Source of the DNA: a virus
IMG/VR virus record: IMGVR_UViG_3300025889_000087
Coordinates: 32,110 to 96,109 of that record
Direction: 5' to 3' (one strand)
Length of the DNA stretch: 64,000 nt
The notes under the pieces were generated by a model. The model worked only from the letters and a program-made list of their open reading frames with translations. It made no database searches and was not told where the DNA came from. Shown here piece by piece: positions 31,440 to 41,117 of the stretch (positions are counted from its first letter, which is position 1; each line of letters opens with the position of its first letter). The position numbers and the translations under genes are program-made.

Positions 31440-32572
31440 TGTCGGGAACAGGATTCCTTGACGGATTCAAGGCCAAGTCGGGCTCCTTTGAGCCCGCCCC
31501 GAAGGCGGAGAAACCGCCTGCGGAGAAGAAGGCCGCTCCGGCCCCCGTGGAGGCCGCTCCTGCGCCTGCGAAGGCCAAGGCAGACCCTCCGACCCTTCCG
31601 ACCCCTCCACCGGCCCCTGTGGCCTCTCAGACGGGCGGAAGTGCGGCGAGCCGCCTCATCCGTGCTGCGCGAGCCGCGGCGAGCCGCGACCTGCAATACG
31701 TCATGTGCGGCATCGCCGGACATCCCAAGACAGGAAAGACGGGTATGGTCCTCGACTCCCTGACCTCCAAAGAAATTGAGGCGGGTGCTGAGATTTGGCA
31801 CATTGACTTCGACCTCGGCGGTGAAACGACGAAGGCTGCTCACCACAAGGACAAGGCGGCGAACATCGTCGTCATCAATCCTTGGGTGTTCAATTACGCC
31901 GAGGACGCGCGGGTGCCTTACGACTTCCCGGCGACCTTTCAACAGACCGTGGACATCCTCAAGGCTGCGCAGGCTCAAATGCAGGAGCAGAACGCTCACT
32001 TTGAGCAGCACGGCGAGATGCCGAAGCCATACCTGAAGACGGTCATTTTCGACGGTGCCGACCACTGGCTGCACATCACGGAGACCTGCATGAAGGTGGA
32101 CGACCTCGGCCTCGGTGCTGACGGCATCGACGTGGCGGGGAAGAAGGCGACGACTCAGATCGGTCGCTTCAATTGGAACATCCGCGCCACACGTTATCAG
32201 ACCGCCATGATTGGTCTTCGTGAGTTGTGTCGCGGTGGTGTCCACTGCTACATCATCACCCACATGAAGCCCGCATACGACTCCAACGGCAACGAATTGG
32301 TCGGGCAGGATTCCGCGAAGTGGCTCCGCGACACGGAGGGTCATTTGCAGCAGGTGGTCTACACCGAAGTCGAGGACGAGCGCGACGAGAACGGAATGCT
32401 CACGGGCGTGACCCGTGCGTATGCACGAGTCGTGTCAAACCGCACATCCCTTAGCGCGGGTGGCCGTGTCCTCTTGTTTGAGCAAGGTCCTGACGGCGGG
32501 AATTGGTTTGGTTGGGATGGCCTCAAGACCGGCAATTTTGACGCGGAAAAGGAAGAAGGGGGTGAGCAGTGA
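31436..32572 (+). CDS. RecA/RadA-like (AAA_24/Sak4-type) ATPase
   Basis: GHPKTGKT, HIDFD, VIFDG, IITH; Pro/Ala-rich N-terminus. Confidence 0.75.
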   Translation: MMSGTGFLDGFKAKSGSFEPAPKAEKPPAEKKAAPAPVEAAPAPAKAKADPPTLPTPPPAPVASQTGGSAASRLIRAARAAASRDLQYVMCGIAGHPKTGKTGMVLDSLTSKEIEAGAEIWHIDFDLGGETTKAAHHKDKAANIVVINPWVFNYAEDARVPYDFPATFQQTVDILKAAQAQMQEQNAHFEQHGEMPKPYLKTVIFDGADHWLHITETCMKVDDLGLGADGIDVAGKKATTQIGRFNWNIRATRYQTAMIGLRELCRGGVHCYIITHMKPAYDSNGNELVGQDSAKWLRDTEGHLQQVVYTEVEDERDENGMLTGVTRAYARVVSNRTSLSAGGRVLLFEQGPDGGNWFGWDGLKTGNFDAEKEEGGEQ

Positions 32573-33378
32573 TGGCGTCCTTCACGCTCCCGCAGCACCA
32601 CCTCGCGGCATTCTTGAAGCCGTTCGCCTCCATGGACGATCTCGTGGTCACGGTCAGCGACGACCGCATCTCCGCGGCGGGGACTTTGGAGCGGGCGTTT
32701 TACATTGAGCGTTGGAACACGACAGACACCACGAACGAAGAAGGCTCAATCACCCTCGGGCAAATCTCCCTTGTGCTCGGTCTCCTGAAGGGGCTCGGTG
32801 ACGGCAGCGTGTCCATCACCGTCGAATCCGATGAGGACAACGTGACGTTCACGGGGCCGAAGGGCTTCTTCCGCCTCCCTGTGCTCGCCGCCGCTTCCTC
32901 AGCCGCAGGCGTCGAGGCCGTGTCCGGTATGCTCCGCGAATCGGAAGCGAACAATTGGGTGTCGTTCGGCACGAACGGCACATTTGATTACGAAGCCCAA
33001 TTCACCGCGAGCGACTTCCGCGTCCTGCGGTCGGTTGGCTCGGGCATCAGCAGCGGTGCGCTTTTCGCCATCATTTGCGAGGGATGGGCACAACCGGCCA
33101 TCACATACGCCGTGGTGCGCGACAGTGTGCGCGTGGAGCACACGCTCGATCCTGAGTCCATGGTGTGCGAAACGGAAGACGCCATCACGCAGTGGTTCGG
33201 AAAGTGGCTCGCTGACGCCATCAAGGCCATGCCCGGAAGCGGGAATGTCACGCTGCGGGGCGGCAACGACTGTCCCCTCATCATCTCACACCAATACGCC
33301 GATGAGGAAAACGGGGTGCAGACGGGAACCACGGTCGTGATTGCTCCCCGGCAGGAAGACGCCGGGGGAGCGGCGTGA
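32569..33378 (+). CDS. PCNA-like sliding clamp
   Basis: ~270 aa, acidic; clamp-like C-terminus (VTLRGGNDCPLII...VIAPR); directly upstream of PolB and near RFC. Confidence 0.75.
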   Translation: MMASFTLPQHHLAAFLKPFASMDDLVVTVSDDRISAAGTLERAFYIERWNTTDTTNEEGSITLGQISLVLGLLKGLGDGSVSITVESDEDNVTFTGPKGFFRLPVLAAASSAAGVEAVSGMLRESEANNWVSFGTNGTFDYEAQFTASDFRVLRSVGSGISSGALFAIICEGWAQPAITYAVVRDSVRVEHTLDPESMVCETEDAITQWFGKWLADAIKAMPGSGNVTLRGGNDCPLIISHQYADEENGVQTGTTVVIAPRQEDAGGAA

Positions 33379-35627
33379 TTGTCGAACCCTTCGTCACGAA
33401 CGAGGGACGCTTCGCAATTTTTCTGCGATACCGCGACCCTGCGGACGGTTCGCTCGTGCAGGGCTCGGTGCCGTTCAGGCACTACCTGTTCATGGAAAGG
33501 GACGAGGTGGACCGCCTCTCCGAAATGTTCGACCAACGCTTCTTCGGTTGGTCGATCGGGGAGAAGACCGCAATATCCCTCGACGGGCGGCACTTGGTGC
33601 AGGTGGAGGCCAACGAGCCCTCCGACGTTCGCGCTATGTCCAAGATGTGCGGCGATTCATGGGAAGCAGACATTCGCTATGCAGACCGCTTTTGCATCGA
33701 CAACATTACGGTGGAGGAATGGCCCGATTGGTATTCGCACGTTGTGCGAGCCGGTGGCTTCGACATGGAATGGAATGAGCAGGGTGAAATCACCGCTATG
33801 GGATTCACCACGAACGGCGTGGACGTGGAGCAGTTCGCGTGGCATCCCGTCCACGGAGAGCACCACACCGAATCGGAAATGCTCACTGCCTTCGCGGAAC
33901 GCTTCGTTGAATTGGACCCTGACCTTGTGACTACATGGGCAGGGAACCGTGCAGACTGGCCCAAGGTCTACGAGCGATACCGCGCCTGCGGCCTCCCTCT
34001 CAATTGGGCCACGCCGATTCAAGACACCACATCGCCCCCGATGAAGCACCTGCCCCGAAGCGGCGTCTATGAGGAAGGAACGCAGGTCCTTCTCGGTCGC
34101 CTCACCCTCGATCTTGCCGACAGGAACCACGGCTTTGAGCGCGTTTGGAGGGACGGTGGGAACGGCCAATTGTCCGACCGCCGCCTCGCTTCGGTGGGTC
34201 GCCTCCTTTGGCCCGACAACCCCGAATTGTGGAAGGTGGACACGGATGGTAGGACTCATCACGAATTGTGGATGAACCATTGGGAGGATTTTCTGTATTA
34301 TCACCGCGGTGACATTCTGCTCACCGACCGAATCGATCAGTCATACCACGTTAGCCGCTTCTTCATGGCTCTTCAGCGGGTGTGTGGCGTTCCCTTTTCC
34401 TCCGTGTTCACGGTGAGCGCGTTTGCCCGTGGGCTCCTGCGCCGTCGTGCGACGTGGGCCGCACCCACTGGTGTGAAGGGCGCGGAGGACTCATACCCCG
34501 GAGGATTTGTCGCTAAACCCATCACAGGACGCCACCCTCATGTTGGGGTGTTCGACTTCCGAGCCATGTATGCTGAAATCCAACGCGGCAACAACATTTC
34601 TCCCGAGATGATTCGGCAGGAGCCCACCGAGCATACGCGCACTGTGGGGAACGGCACACATTGGGACCAACGCTCCATGGGCGTTCTCCCACAATTGCAG
34701 ATTGACCTCGCGGATGCGAGGAACGCAGCCAAGGCGGAGATGAAAAAACACGCGCCCGATTCATCGGAATACGCAGGATTCAACACCCTGCAATTGGCAT
34801 TCAAGAGGGCGGCTGCCTCGGTATATGGACTCATGGGGCACACGGGTCATGGTGAATCACACAGGAAAGTTGCCGAGACAATTACCTATGTTGGTCGCGC
34901 CCTCGTGTCGCGCCTCATGGAGTTATGCGACGAAATGGGCTACCCTGCGCTCGCGGGGCATACGGACAGTGCCTACATTTCCATTGGAGAAGCCGATGGT
35001 GAGAAAATCGCAGCCGATTTGACGGAGCGCATTCAGAAGGAGTTCGACACCGATCGCTTCGTGGTCGAGTTTGAGAAGTTCATGGTGGCTTGGGTGGCCG
35101 CGAAGAAGAACCGCAATTTCGGGTGGGTCGTGTGGCCCAAAACGGACCTGCACTGCACGGGCTTTGAGTTCAAGAAGAGCAACGCATCACAAATCACCAA
35201 GGATGTGCAGGGTGAGGCATTCATCGCCCTGACGCGCGACAACGCCACGCGCGAGGAAATCGACGCCATCGTGTTCAAGCACATTCAACGGGTCAGGAGC
35301 GGCGAAGTGCCGCGTCAGGATCTCACGATGCGCTCACGCCTCGGGCAGAAGCCGGAGGCATACGACAACGCGGGCGGCTTTCAGGGAGCAGCACGTCGCT
35401 ACAACATGACCGCTGAGCACAAGTTTGCACAGGGTGACGGTGTTCCCCACCTTTACACCGTCCGAGGCATTGAGGCTTTTCGCACGGACGAGGAAAGAGA
35501 TGCGCTGACGCTTGACCTTACGACCATTGTTGAGAAGCAGGTCATTTCACCCATTTCGCTTATCTATGAAGCCATGGGATGGCCTGAACCAACCCCCGAC
35601 GCTTCGCGCCCCGTTGCACTATGGTGA
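33375..35627 (+). CDS. polB: Family B DNA polymerase
   Basis: Exo I FDME, motif A FDFRAMY, motif B QLAFKRAAASVYG, motif C GHTDS, KKNRNFG. Confidence 0.95.
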   Translation: MIVEPFVTNEGRFAIFLRYRDPADGSLVQGSVPFRHYLFMERDEVDRLSEMFDQRFFGWSIGEKTAISLDGRHLVQVEANEPSDVRAMSKMCGDSWEADIRYADRFCIDNITVEEWPDWYSHVVRAGGFDMEWNEQGEITAMGFTTNGVDVEQFAWHPVHGEHHTESEMLTAFAERFVELDPDLVTTWAGNRADWPKVYERYRACGLPLNWATPIQDTTSPPMKHLPRSGVYEEGTQVLLGRLTLDLADRNHGFERVWRDGGNGQLSDRRLASVGRLLWPDNPELWKVDTDGRTHHELWMNHWEDFLYYHRGDILLTDRIDQSYHVSRFFMALQRVCGVPFSSVFTVSAFARGLLRRRATWAAPTGVKGAEDSYPGGFVAKPITGRHPHVGVFDFRAMYAEIQRGNNISPEMIRQEPTEHTRTVGNGTHWDQRSMGVLPQLQIDLADARNAAKAEMKKHAPDSSEYAGFNTLQLAFKRAAASVYGLMGHTGHGESHRKVAETITYVGRALVSRLMELCDEMGYPALAGHTDSAYISIGEADGEKIAADLTERIQKEFDTDRFVVEFEKFMVAWVAAKKNRNFGWVVWPKTDLHCTGFEFKKSNASQITKDVQGEAFIALTRDNATREEIDAIVFKHIQRVRSGEVPRQDLTMRSRLGQKPEAYDNAGGFQGAARRYNMTAEHKFAQGDGVPHLYTVRGIEAFRTDEERDALTLDLTTIVEKQVISPISLIYEAMGWPEPTPDASRPVALW

Positions 35628-35631
35628 TTGT

Positions 35632-36585
35632 ATGATTGAACACAAAGCACCACGCCCTATCCCGATTGAGGGACACGACGACCTGTTTTCGCGCTACGAC
35701 TGGTGGCCCAATGCGCCCGACAACCACATTCTGCGTATCAGCAAATCGTCATTGAGCGACTACACCTTCTGCTCTCAGCAATACTTCATCAAGCGACTTC
35801 TCGGTATGCAGGAGCCTGCGAACGACAACATGATTCGTGGTGTGAATGTCCACGAATGCTTGGAAGTGTTCTATGACGACGTGGATGTTGAGCAGGCGGG
35901 GGAATTGGAGGGGGCAGAATTGCGCCGCTATTTCAAGTCCCAATTCCCCGGACCTATGGGTATCAAGAGGAACCCACAGGAGCATTTCATGCTTGACGAG
36001 GACCTGCACATTGATCGGTTGGTCGAGGTTGAAGCGCAGCGGTTCGCAGCGAGCGACCCTGAGCACTTCCTCCCATGGGGCAACGAATTGGAATTGAGCC
36101 TCGTGTTTGAAATGGACCTTGACGGGGTGAAGCAGCGCGTTCACTTCATCGGCGTCATTGACCGCATCTTTCAGAATCCCGACGGTTCGCTGCACCTGCA
36201 TGAATTGAAGACGGGTGCGTGGAAGGACAAGGAATACAAATACGAGTCCATGAGGAAGGAAATGGCGTTCTACGTTTGGCTTCTCAGAAAGTCGGATGCT
36301 TCAGCACGAATTACCCATTGGGGGTGGGACCACACGCGGGGCGTCGTCGGGACAGACACCGAGGACGCCGAGGTATTCCGCTTCGTGGAGCCCGTGCGTG
36401 TGCGCGAATTGGGTCTGATGATGGGCGACGTGCAGAATCTCATTCGTTCGCACAGGAAGCACGAAGGGGGCGAAGAAGGACCCTCCTTCCCCCTGATTGC
36501 ACAGGGTCGCCAAAGTCGCATTTGCGAACCATGGTGTGGGCTGAAGGACTTTTGCCCGCGGTTCACGCAACACTGGGAGGACTGA
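35632..36585 (+). CDS. Cas4/RecB-like PD-(D/E)xK exonuclease with Fe-S cysteines
   Basis: SKSSL...C..QY, GVIDRI, ELKTG, CEPWCGLKDFC. Confidence 0.85.
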   Translation: MIEHKAPRPIPIEGHDDLFSRYDWWPNAPDNHILRISKSSLSDYTFCSQQYFIKRLLGMQEPANDNMIRGVNVHECLEVFYDDVDVEQAGELEGAELRRYFKSQFPGPMGIKRNPQEHFMLDEDLHIDRLVEVEAQRFAASDPEHFLPWGNELELSLVFEMDLDGVKQRVHFIGVIDRIFQNPDGSLHLHELKTGAWKDKEYKYESMRKEMAFYVWLLRKSDASARITHWGWDHTRGVVGTDTEDAEVFRFVEPVRVRELGLMMGDVQNLIRSHRKHEGGEEGPSFPLIAQGRQSRICEPWCGLKDFCPRFTQHWED

Positions 36586-36587
36586 AA

Positions 36588-38474
36588 ATGGCTTACGAAC
36601 TCATCAACGGGGATTGCATCGATGTTATGTCGAAGATGGAGGATTGCTCCGTGGACGCAATCGTGACCGATCCGCCATACGGTCTGTCATTCATGGGGAA
36701 AGATTGGGACGACCCCTCAAAGATGGCGGGTCAGGTCGAATGGGGAACGCCCGGAGCACACACCCGCGGCTATGTCGATGTGGACATGGTGAAGTTTCAG
36801 CGTTGGACTGAGGCTTGGGCGAAAGAGGCATTTCGCATTCTGAAACCCGGTGGACACATCATCTCGTTCGCGGGCTCCCGCACCTATCACCGCATGGCCT
36901 GTGCCATCGAAGACGCCGGTTTTGAGATCCGCGACCAAATCATGTGGCTCTATGGGACCGGATTTCCGAAGTCCCTCAACGTGAGCAAAGCCATAGACAA
37001 AGCCGCAGGGAGGTATGTTGATGGAGAAGTCCTTCCTTCATCACTAAAGGTGAAAGGCCCGTTGGGATTTCACATGAAGGAGAACACGTCGGAAAACCCA
37101 CAGACTGATGAGGCAAAACAATGGAGCGGTTGGGGGACGGCTCTCAAGCCCGCACATGAGCCGTGCGTTTTAGCACGAAAGCCCCTCGTTGGAACGGTGA
37201 CTGAGAACGTGCTTGAGCACGGAACAGGGGCGTTGAACATTGATGATTGCCGAATTGAAGGCCCCGCTTGGTCACGAACGGGAACCATGGGTGACATACG
37301 AGGTGGTAATTTTGGGAGCGGCATAGAGCACAAGAAGCGAGACGATCTCGGTAAATTGGAGAAGGGGGGCAGCCGTCGTTGGCCCGCCAACATCATTCTC
37401 AGCCATCACCCCGAATGCACCCGTGTTGGGACCCTCAGCCCCGCCCATGAACCATGTGTTTTAGCACGAAAGCCCCTTGATGGGACGGTGACTGAGAACG
37501 TGCTTGAGCATGGGACAGGGGCCTTGAACATTGACGATTGCCGAATTGGGACGGGCGAAGACCGGACTTCGGGTGGGGAAAGTGGTTCGGCGGCATCATC
37601 GGTGCTTCAGGACGGGTTTCATCAGCGCAGGCAAGAAAGGCCAACCGGCGGTCGTTGGCCCGCCAACATCATTCTCAGCCATAACCCCGAATGCACCCAT
37701 GTTGGCCTGAAGACGGTCAAGGGCAACGGCCATGCCCCCGCCCTTGGGAAAGGAAATCCGTTTGGAGGAAACAACGACACGGAGCGCGAAGAACGCCATT
37801 TCAACGAAGAAGTCGTGGAAAACTGGGAATGCGTGGAGGATTGTCCCGTGCGTATTCTTGATGAACAGGCTCCATCGGTGGGCAACGCCTTCTCGTCGGA
37901 TCGAAAGACGGACACAACGGGCGGCACGGGCAATTCGTGGTCCACTTCATCAAAGAATGTGGGGGACGGCAACGGTGTGTTTGATGGATTGTCCGGCGCA
38001 TCCAAGTTCTTCTATTGCGCCAAGCCGTCCAAGTCCGAGCGCAACGCGGGCCTTGATGAATTGGAGGAAACCGCGCGGTCATTGGTGGGTCAGACGCATT
38101 GGACCAACGAATGCGGGGACTGTGGGCGCAGGTGGCCGCAGCAGGAGTCCGTGTGCCTGAAGTGTGGCGGTGAATTGGTTCGTGAATCAAGGGACCCTCC
38201 CGTCGCAAAGAACCACCACCCCACGGTGAAGCCTGTGGACTTGATGCGCTACCTGTGCCGCCTCATCACGCCGCCCGGTGGCGTCGTTCTCGACCCGTTC
38301 ATGGGGAGCGGGACGACAGGTATTGCTGCGACAAACGAGGGCTTCCACTTCATCGGTATTGAGATGGAAGAGGACTACATCGACATAGCCCGAAGGCGCA
38401 TCGCTCATTGGGTAGAAGAGAGAGAAGTGGTCATCCGCGAGCAACGAGCACAACGGAGCCTTTTTGATTTCTGA
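36588..38474 (+). CDS. N6/N4 DNA methyltransferase (beta group) with internal duplication and C-terminal PIP-box-like motif
   Basis: VTDPPY, HPTVKP, LDPFMGSGTT; start MAYELING; ends QRSLFDF. Confidence 0.92.
   Translation: MAYELINGDCIDVMSKMEDCSVDAIVTDPPYGLSFMGKDWDDPSKMAGQVEWGTPGAHTRGYVDVDMVKFQRWTEAWAKEAFRILKPGGHIISFAGSRTYHRMACAIEDAGFEIRDQIMWLYGTGFPKSLNVSKAIDKAAGRYVDGEVLPSSLKVKGPLGFHMKENTSENPQTDEAKQWSGWGTALKPAHEPCVLARKPLVGTVTENVLEHGTGALNIDDCRIEGPAWSRTGTMGDIRGGNFGSGIEHKKRDDLGKLEKGGSRRWPANIILSHHPECTRVGTLSPAHEPCVLARKPLDGTVTENVLEHGTGALNIDDCRIGTGEDRTSGGESGSAASSVLQDGFHQRRQERPTGGRWPANIILSHNPECTHVGLKTVKGNGHAPALGKGNPFGGNNDTEREERHFNEEVVENWECVEDCPVRILDEQAPSVGNAFSSDRKTDTTGGTGNSWSTSSKNVGDGNGVFDGLSGASKFFYCAKPSKSERNAGLDELEETARSLVGQTHWTNECGDCGRRWPQQESVCLKCGGELVRESRDPPVAKNHHPTVKPVDLMRYLCRLITPPGGVVLDPFMGSGTTGIAATNEGFHFIGIEMEEDYIDIARRRIAHWVEEREVVIREQRAQRSLFDF
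37143..37706 (+). repeat. In-frame tandem duplication inside the methyltransferase
   Basis: PAHEPCVLARKPL.GTVTENVLEHGTGALNIDDCRI and RWPANIILSH.PECT.VG each occur twice, flanking different middle segments. Confidence 0.95.
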
Positions 38475-38482
38475 GGTGATTT

Positions 38483-39631
38483 ATGGTGAATTACGAAGTT
38501 TTGGTCGGCGATTGCCGAGAGACGCTGAAGACGTTGCCGGACGAGTCCGTGCATTGTGTCGTCACATCGCCCCCGTATTTCGGGCTGAGGGACTACGGGA
38601 CCGGCAAATGGGAAGGTGGCGATTCCGAATGTGACCACAAAATGTCGGAGGGGGAACTCGACCCTAAGAGAGCAGGTGGAGATGCCGGTTCTTCCCACAC
38701 GGTCAGATTCAATCGAGAAAGGTGCCACAAATGCGGAGCCAAGAGGATAGATGACCAAATCGGCCTTGAGCCAACACCCGAAGATTTTGTCGTAGCCTTG
38801 GTCGAAGTCTTCCGCGAAGTGCGCCGCGTTCTCAGGGACGATGGGACGGTGTGGCTGAACTTGGGCGATTCCTATGCAGGATCATGGGGCAACTACGGCG
38901 GCGAGAATCGCGGCAATGGCACACAACGAGAAATCACGAACGGTAGTCAAGTCAAAGATCATACCGAGCGATACGGCCTGTATTGCCCGCCTACCGCCAA
39001 CGTGCCGGGGCTGAAACCGAAGGACTTGATAGGCATTCCGTGGCGCGTTGCATTCGCTTTGCAGGCCGATGGGTGGTATTTGCGTCAGGACATTGTTTGG
39101 TCGAAACCCAACCCGATGCCGGAGTCGGTTAAAGACCGTTGCACCAAATCACACGAATACGTCTTCCTGCTCACCAAGTCGCCTCGGTATTGCTTTGATA
39201 ATGAGGCGATTAAGGAACCTGCAAAGACTGACGACCCAAGGCGGCCTTACACGTCGAAGGGCGCAAAAGACATGGACGGGAGGGCTGAATGGAAGTCCGG
39301 GCAACGACGTGACGGCGATGATTTTACGACCCGAAACCGTCGTTCGGTATGGACCGTCACCACCAAACCGTTCAAGGGAGCGCACTTCGCCACTTACCCG
39401 CCTGACTTGATCGAGCCGTGTATTTTGGCCGGTTGCCCCGAAGGAGGGACTGTTCTCGATCCGTTCGGTGGCTCAGGGACCACCGCAGGTGTCGCGCTCA
39501 AGCACGGTCGCAAAGCCATTCTTTGTGAACTGAACCCTGAATACGCCGCCCTTATCCCCCGCCGCATCGAAAACATCCTCGGCTATAACCCCGAAGAACG
39601 CGAGAAGCAGCGTTCACTGCTTGATTTCTGA
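38483..39631 (+). CDS. DNA methyltransferase, probably N4-cytosine (beta group), with C-terminal PIP-box-like motif
   Basis: VTSPPY, HFATYP, LDPFGGSGTT; ends QRSLLDF. Confidence 0.92.
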   Translation: MVNYEVLVGDCRETLKTLPDESVHCVVTSPPYFGLRDYGTGKWEGGDSECDHKMSEGELDPKRAGGDAGSSHTVRFNRERCHKCGAKRIDDQIGLEPTPEDFVVALVEVFREVRRVLRDDGTVWLNLGDSYAGSWGNYGGENRGNGTQREITNGSQVKDHTERYGLYCPPTANVPGLKPKDLIGIPWRVAFALQADGWYLRQDIVWSKPNPMPESVKDRCTKSHEYVFLLTKSPRYCFDNEAIKEPAKTDDPRRPYTSKGAKDMDGRAEWKSGQRRDGDDFTTRNRRSVWTVTTKPFKGAHFATYPPDLIEPCILAGCPEGGTVLDPFGGSGTTAGVALKHGRKAILCELNPEYAALIPRRIENILGYNPEEREKQRSLLDF

Positions 39632-39641
39632 GGTGTTCACC

Positions 39642-40700
39642 ATGAGTCACCTGTTCCGTCATTTCCCCCGCGAGGTGGATATGCGGAAAAGGAAGGTCGT
39701 CCATTCAATGGAAGAATTGCAGCGATACGTTGCTGCGACCAACGGGGCAGACAACATCACCACGACGGTGTATGGCTTTCGTGAATTGAAGGGCACTGGA
39801 AAGCGCGGCGAATACGCCACCGCCATTGTGCCTCACTTCGTCATCGACATGGACTACGAGCGAGCCAAGGTGAACGGGCGAACGGACTCCGAGGCAGGAG
39901 ATAGGTGCATCCAAGAAGCCTCCATGCTTCATCGCCACCTGCTGAGCAACGACATTCGGCACGCCATGTGGTTCACTGGTGGCGGCCTGCACACTTGGGT
40001 GTCGCTCGATAAGACACATTACCCCGACGGGCGCGGTATGTCCGACTTGATGCGAACAGGACGGCGCATCGTGGATGGGTGGGTCAGGGAGTTCAACCTG
40101 AGCACGCTCGATCCTGTCGTGTCTTTCCGCCCCGACCGGCATATTCGCATCCCCAATTCGTTCAACTTCAAGCGTGGCCTGTGGGGCTTCCCTGTGTCCA
40201 CCGAGGACCTGTCCCTCTCATGGAAGGACTTCCTCGACCGCGCCGCCGAGCCACACGGAGGAATGCACCCATACGGCACAAACGGCCTCGTGCTCGACAT
40301 AAAGGTGCAGGACGACGTGGAGTTCGACGCGCAGCCTGTGGAAATTGACATGAAGCGCGTGGGCTCAATGAACGTCCTACCTTGTTTGGCTGAGGCTGCT
40401 TGTGAGCAGGCAAACCCTCCCCACGAGCCGAGGGCGTTCCTGATGATGTTTCTCATGGATCGGCTGCGCTCCTTTGCACGCCCACCGCGCTCTTCGCCAG
40501 TGAGCCATGAGAGCATAGTGGAGAGCGTTTGCTCTTTCATTGAGGACTTGAAGTGGTCCGATTATAACCCCGAAATCACACGAATGCACGCAGAACATGG
40601 CGTCAAGAGGTATTACCTGACACCGACGTGCCGAACCCTATATGAGCGAGGCTACTGCCTCGGTAAATGTCCGTTTTATGACGGGAGCGCGGGAACATGA
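39642..40700 (+). CDS. Archaeo-eukaryotic primase, PriS-PriL-like fusion
   Basis: FVIDMD, TGGGLH, HIRIPNS; C-terminal LPCL...PTCRTL...YCLGKC. Confidence 0.88.
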   Translation: MSHLFRHFPREVDMRKRKVVHSMEELQRYVAATNGADNITTTVYGFRELKGTGKRGEYATAIVPHFVIDMDYERAKVNGRTDSEAGDRCIQEASMLHRHLLSNDIRHAMWFTGGGLHTWVSLDKTHYPDGRGMSDLMRTGRRIVDGWVREFNLSTLDPVVSFRPDRHIRIPNSFNFKRGLWGFPVSTEDLSLSWKDFLDRAAEPHGGMHPYGTNGLVLDIKVQDDVEFDAQPVEIDMKRVGSMNVLPCLAEAACEQANPPHEPRAFLMMFLMDRLRSFARPPRSSPVSHESIVESVCSFIEDLKWSDYNPEITRMHAEHGVKRYYLTPTCRTLYERGYCLGKCPFYDGSAGT

Positions 40701-41017
40701 GCGAAGACATCGAGGCAATTCGTCGCAAACGACTGAAGGAACTTCAGGAGAAGGCGAACGCAGTTCAGGAACAGGTCGAGGAAATACACGCCATGCAGCG
40801 TGAGTTCTCATGGGAAGACTTTGGCTATAAAGAGCCGGAATGGGGCTTCCGTGAGAGCAAAGAGATGCCGGGTGCCTTCGACATTTGCCAAAAAAGGCAG
40901 ACAGTGGCCCTGACCGGCGATCCGCAATTCGCCATGCTCGTCACCGATTTGCTCAACCGAGCGCGGTTGGAGGAATTGACTTTGAACAGGGGTGAGAATG
41001 ATGGCAAAGAAGATTGA
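40697..41017 (+). CDS. Small protein with PDCD5-like N-terminus
   Basis: MSEDIEAIRRKRLKELQ. Confidence 0.6.
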   Translation: MSEDIEAIRRKRLKELQEKANAVQEQVEEIHAMQREFSWEDFGYKEPEWGFRESKEMPGAFDICQKRQTVALTGDPQFAMLVTDLLNRARLEELTLNRGENDGKED

Positions 41018-41117
41018 ATTATGCCGTAAATGTGGTCGGACCACGAACGTGGTTCACCCTCTCCGTGGCCTTTGCCTCCCCTGCATCCGCAGTGCCCGTC
41101 AGGAGGCGAAGCAGTGA
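40998..41117 (+). CDS. Micro Zn-finger protein
   Basis: Manual translation MMAKKIELCRKCGRTTNVVHPLRGLCLPCIRSARQEAKQ; stop overlaps GTG 41114. Confidence 0.6.
   Translation: MMAKKIELCRKCGRTTNVVHPLRGLCLPCIRSARQEAKQ

Noticed and set aside
33375-35627. Intein in PolB (also checked RFC and the MCM-like protein)
   Set aside because: Lengths are normal and no C/S...HN splice motifs were seen.
35632-36585. Cas4-like gene as evidence of CRISPR-Cas
   Set aside because: Solo Cas4-like nucleases are common in archaeal virus replication modules; no other cas genes or array.
36219-36587. Long N-terminal extension of the methyltransferase in the ORF track
   Set aside because: It overlaps the Cas4-like gene; the true start is ATG 36588 after GGAGG.
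37143-37706. Duplication read as a DGR template/variable repeat pair
   Set aside because: Differences are mostly synonymous and not adenine-specific; no reverse transcriptase in the window.
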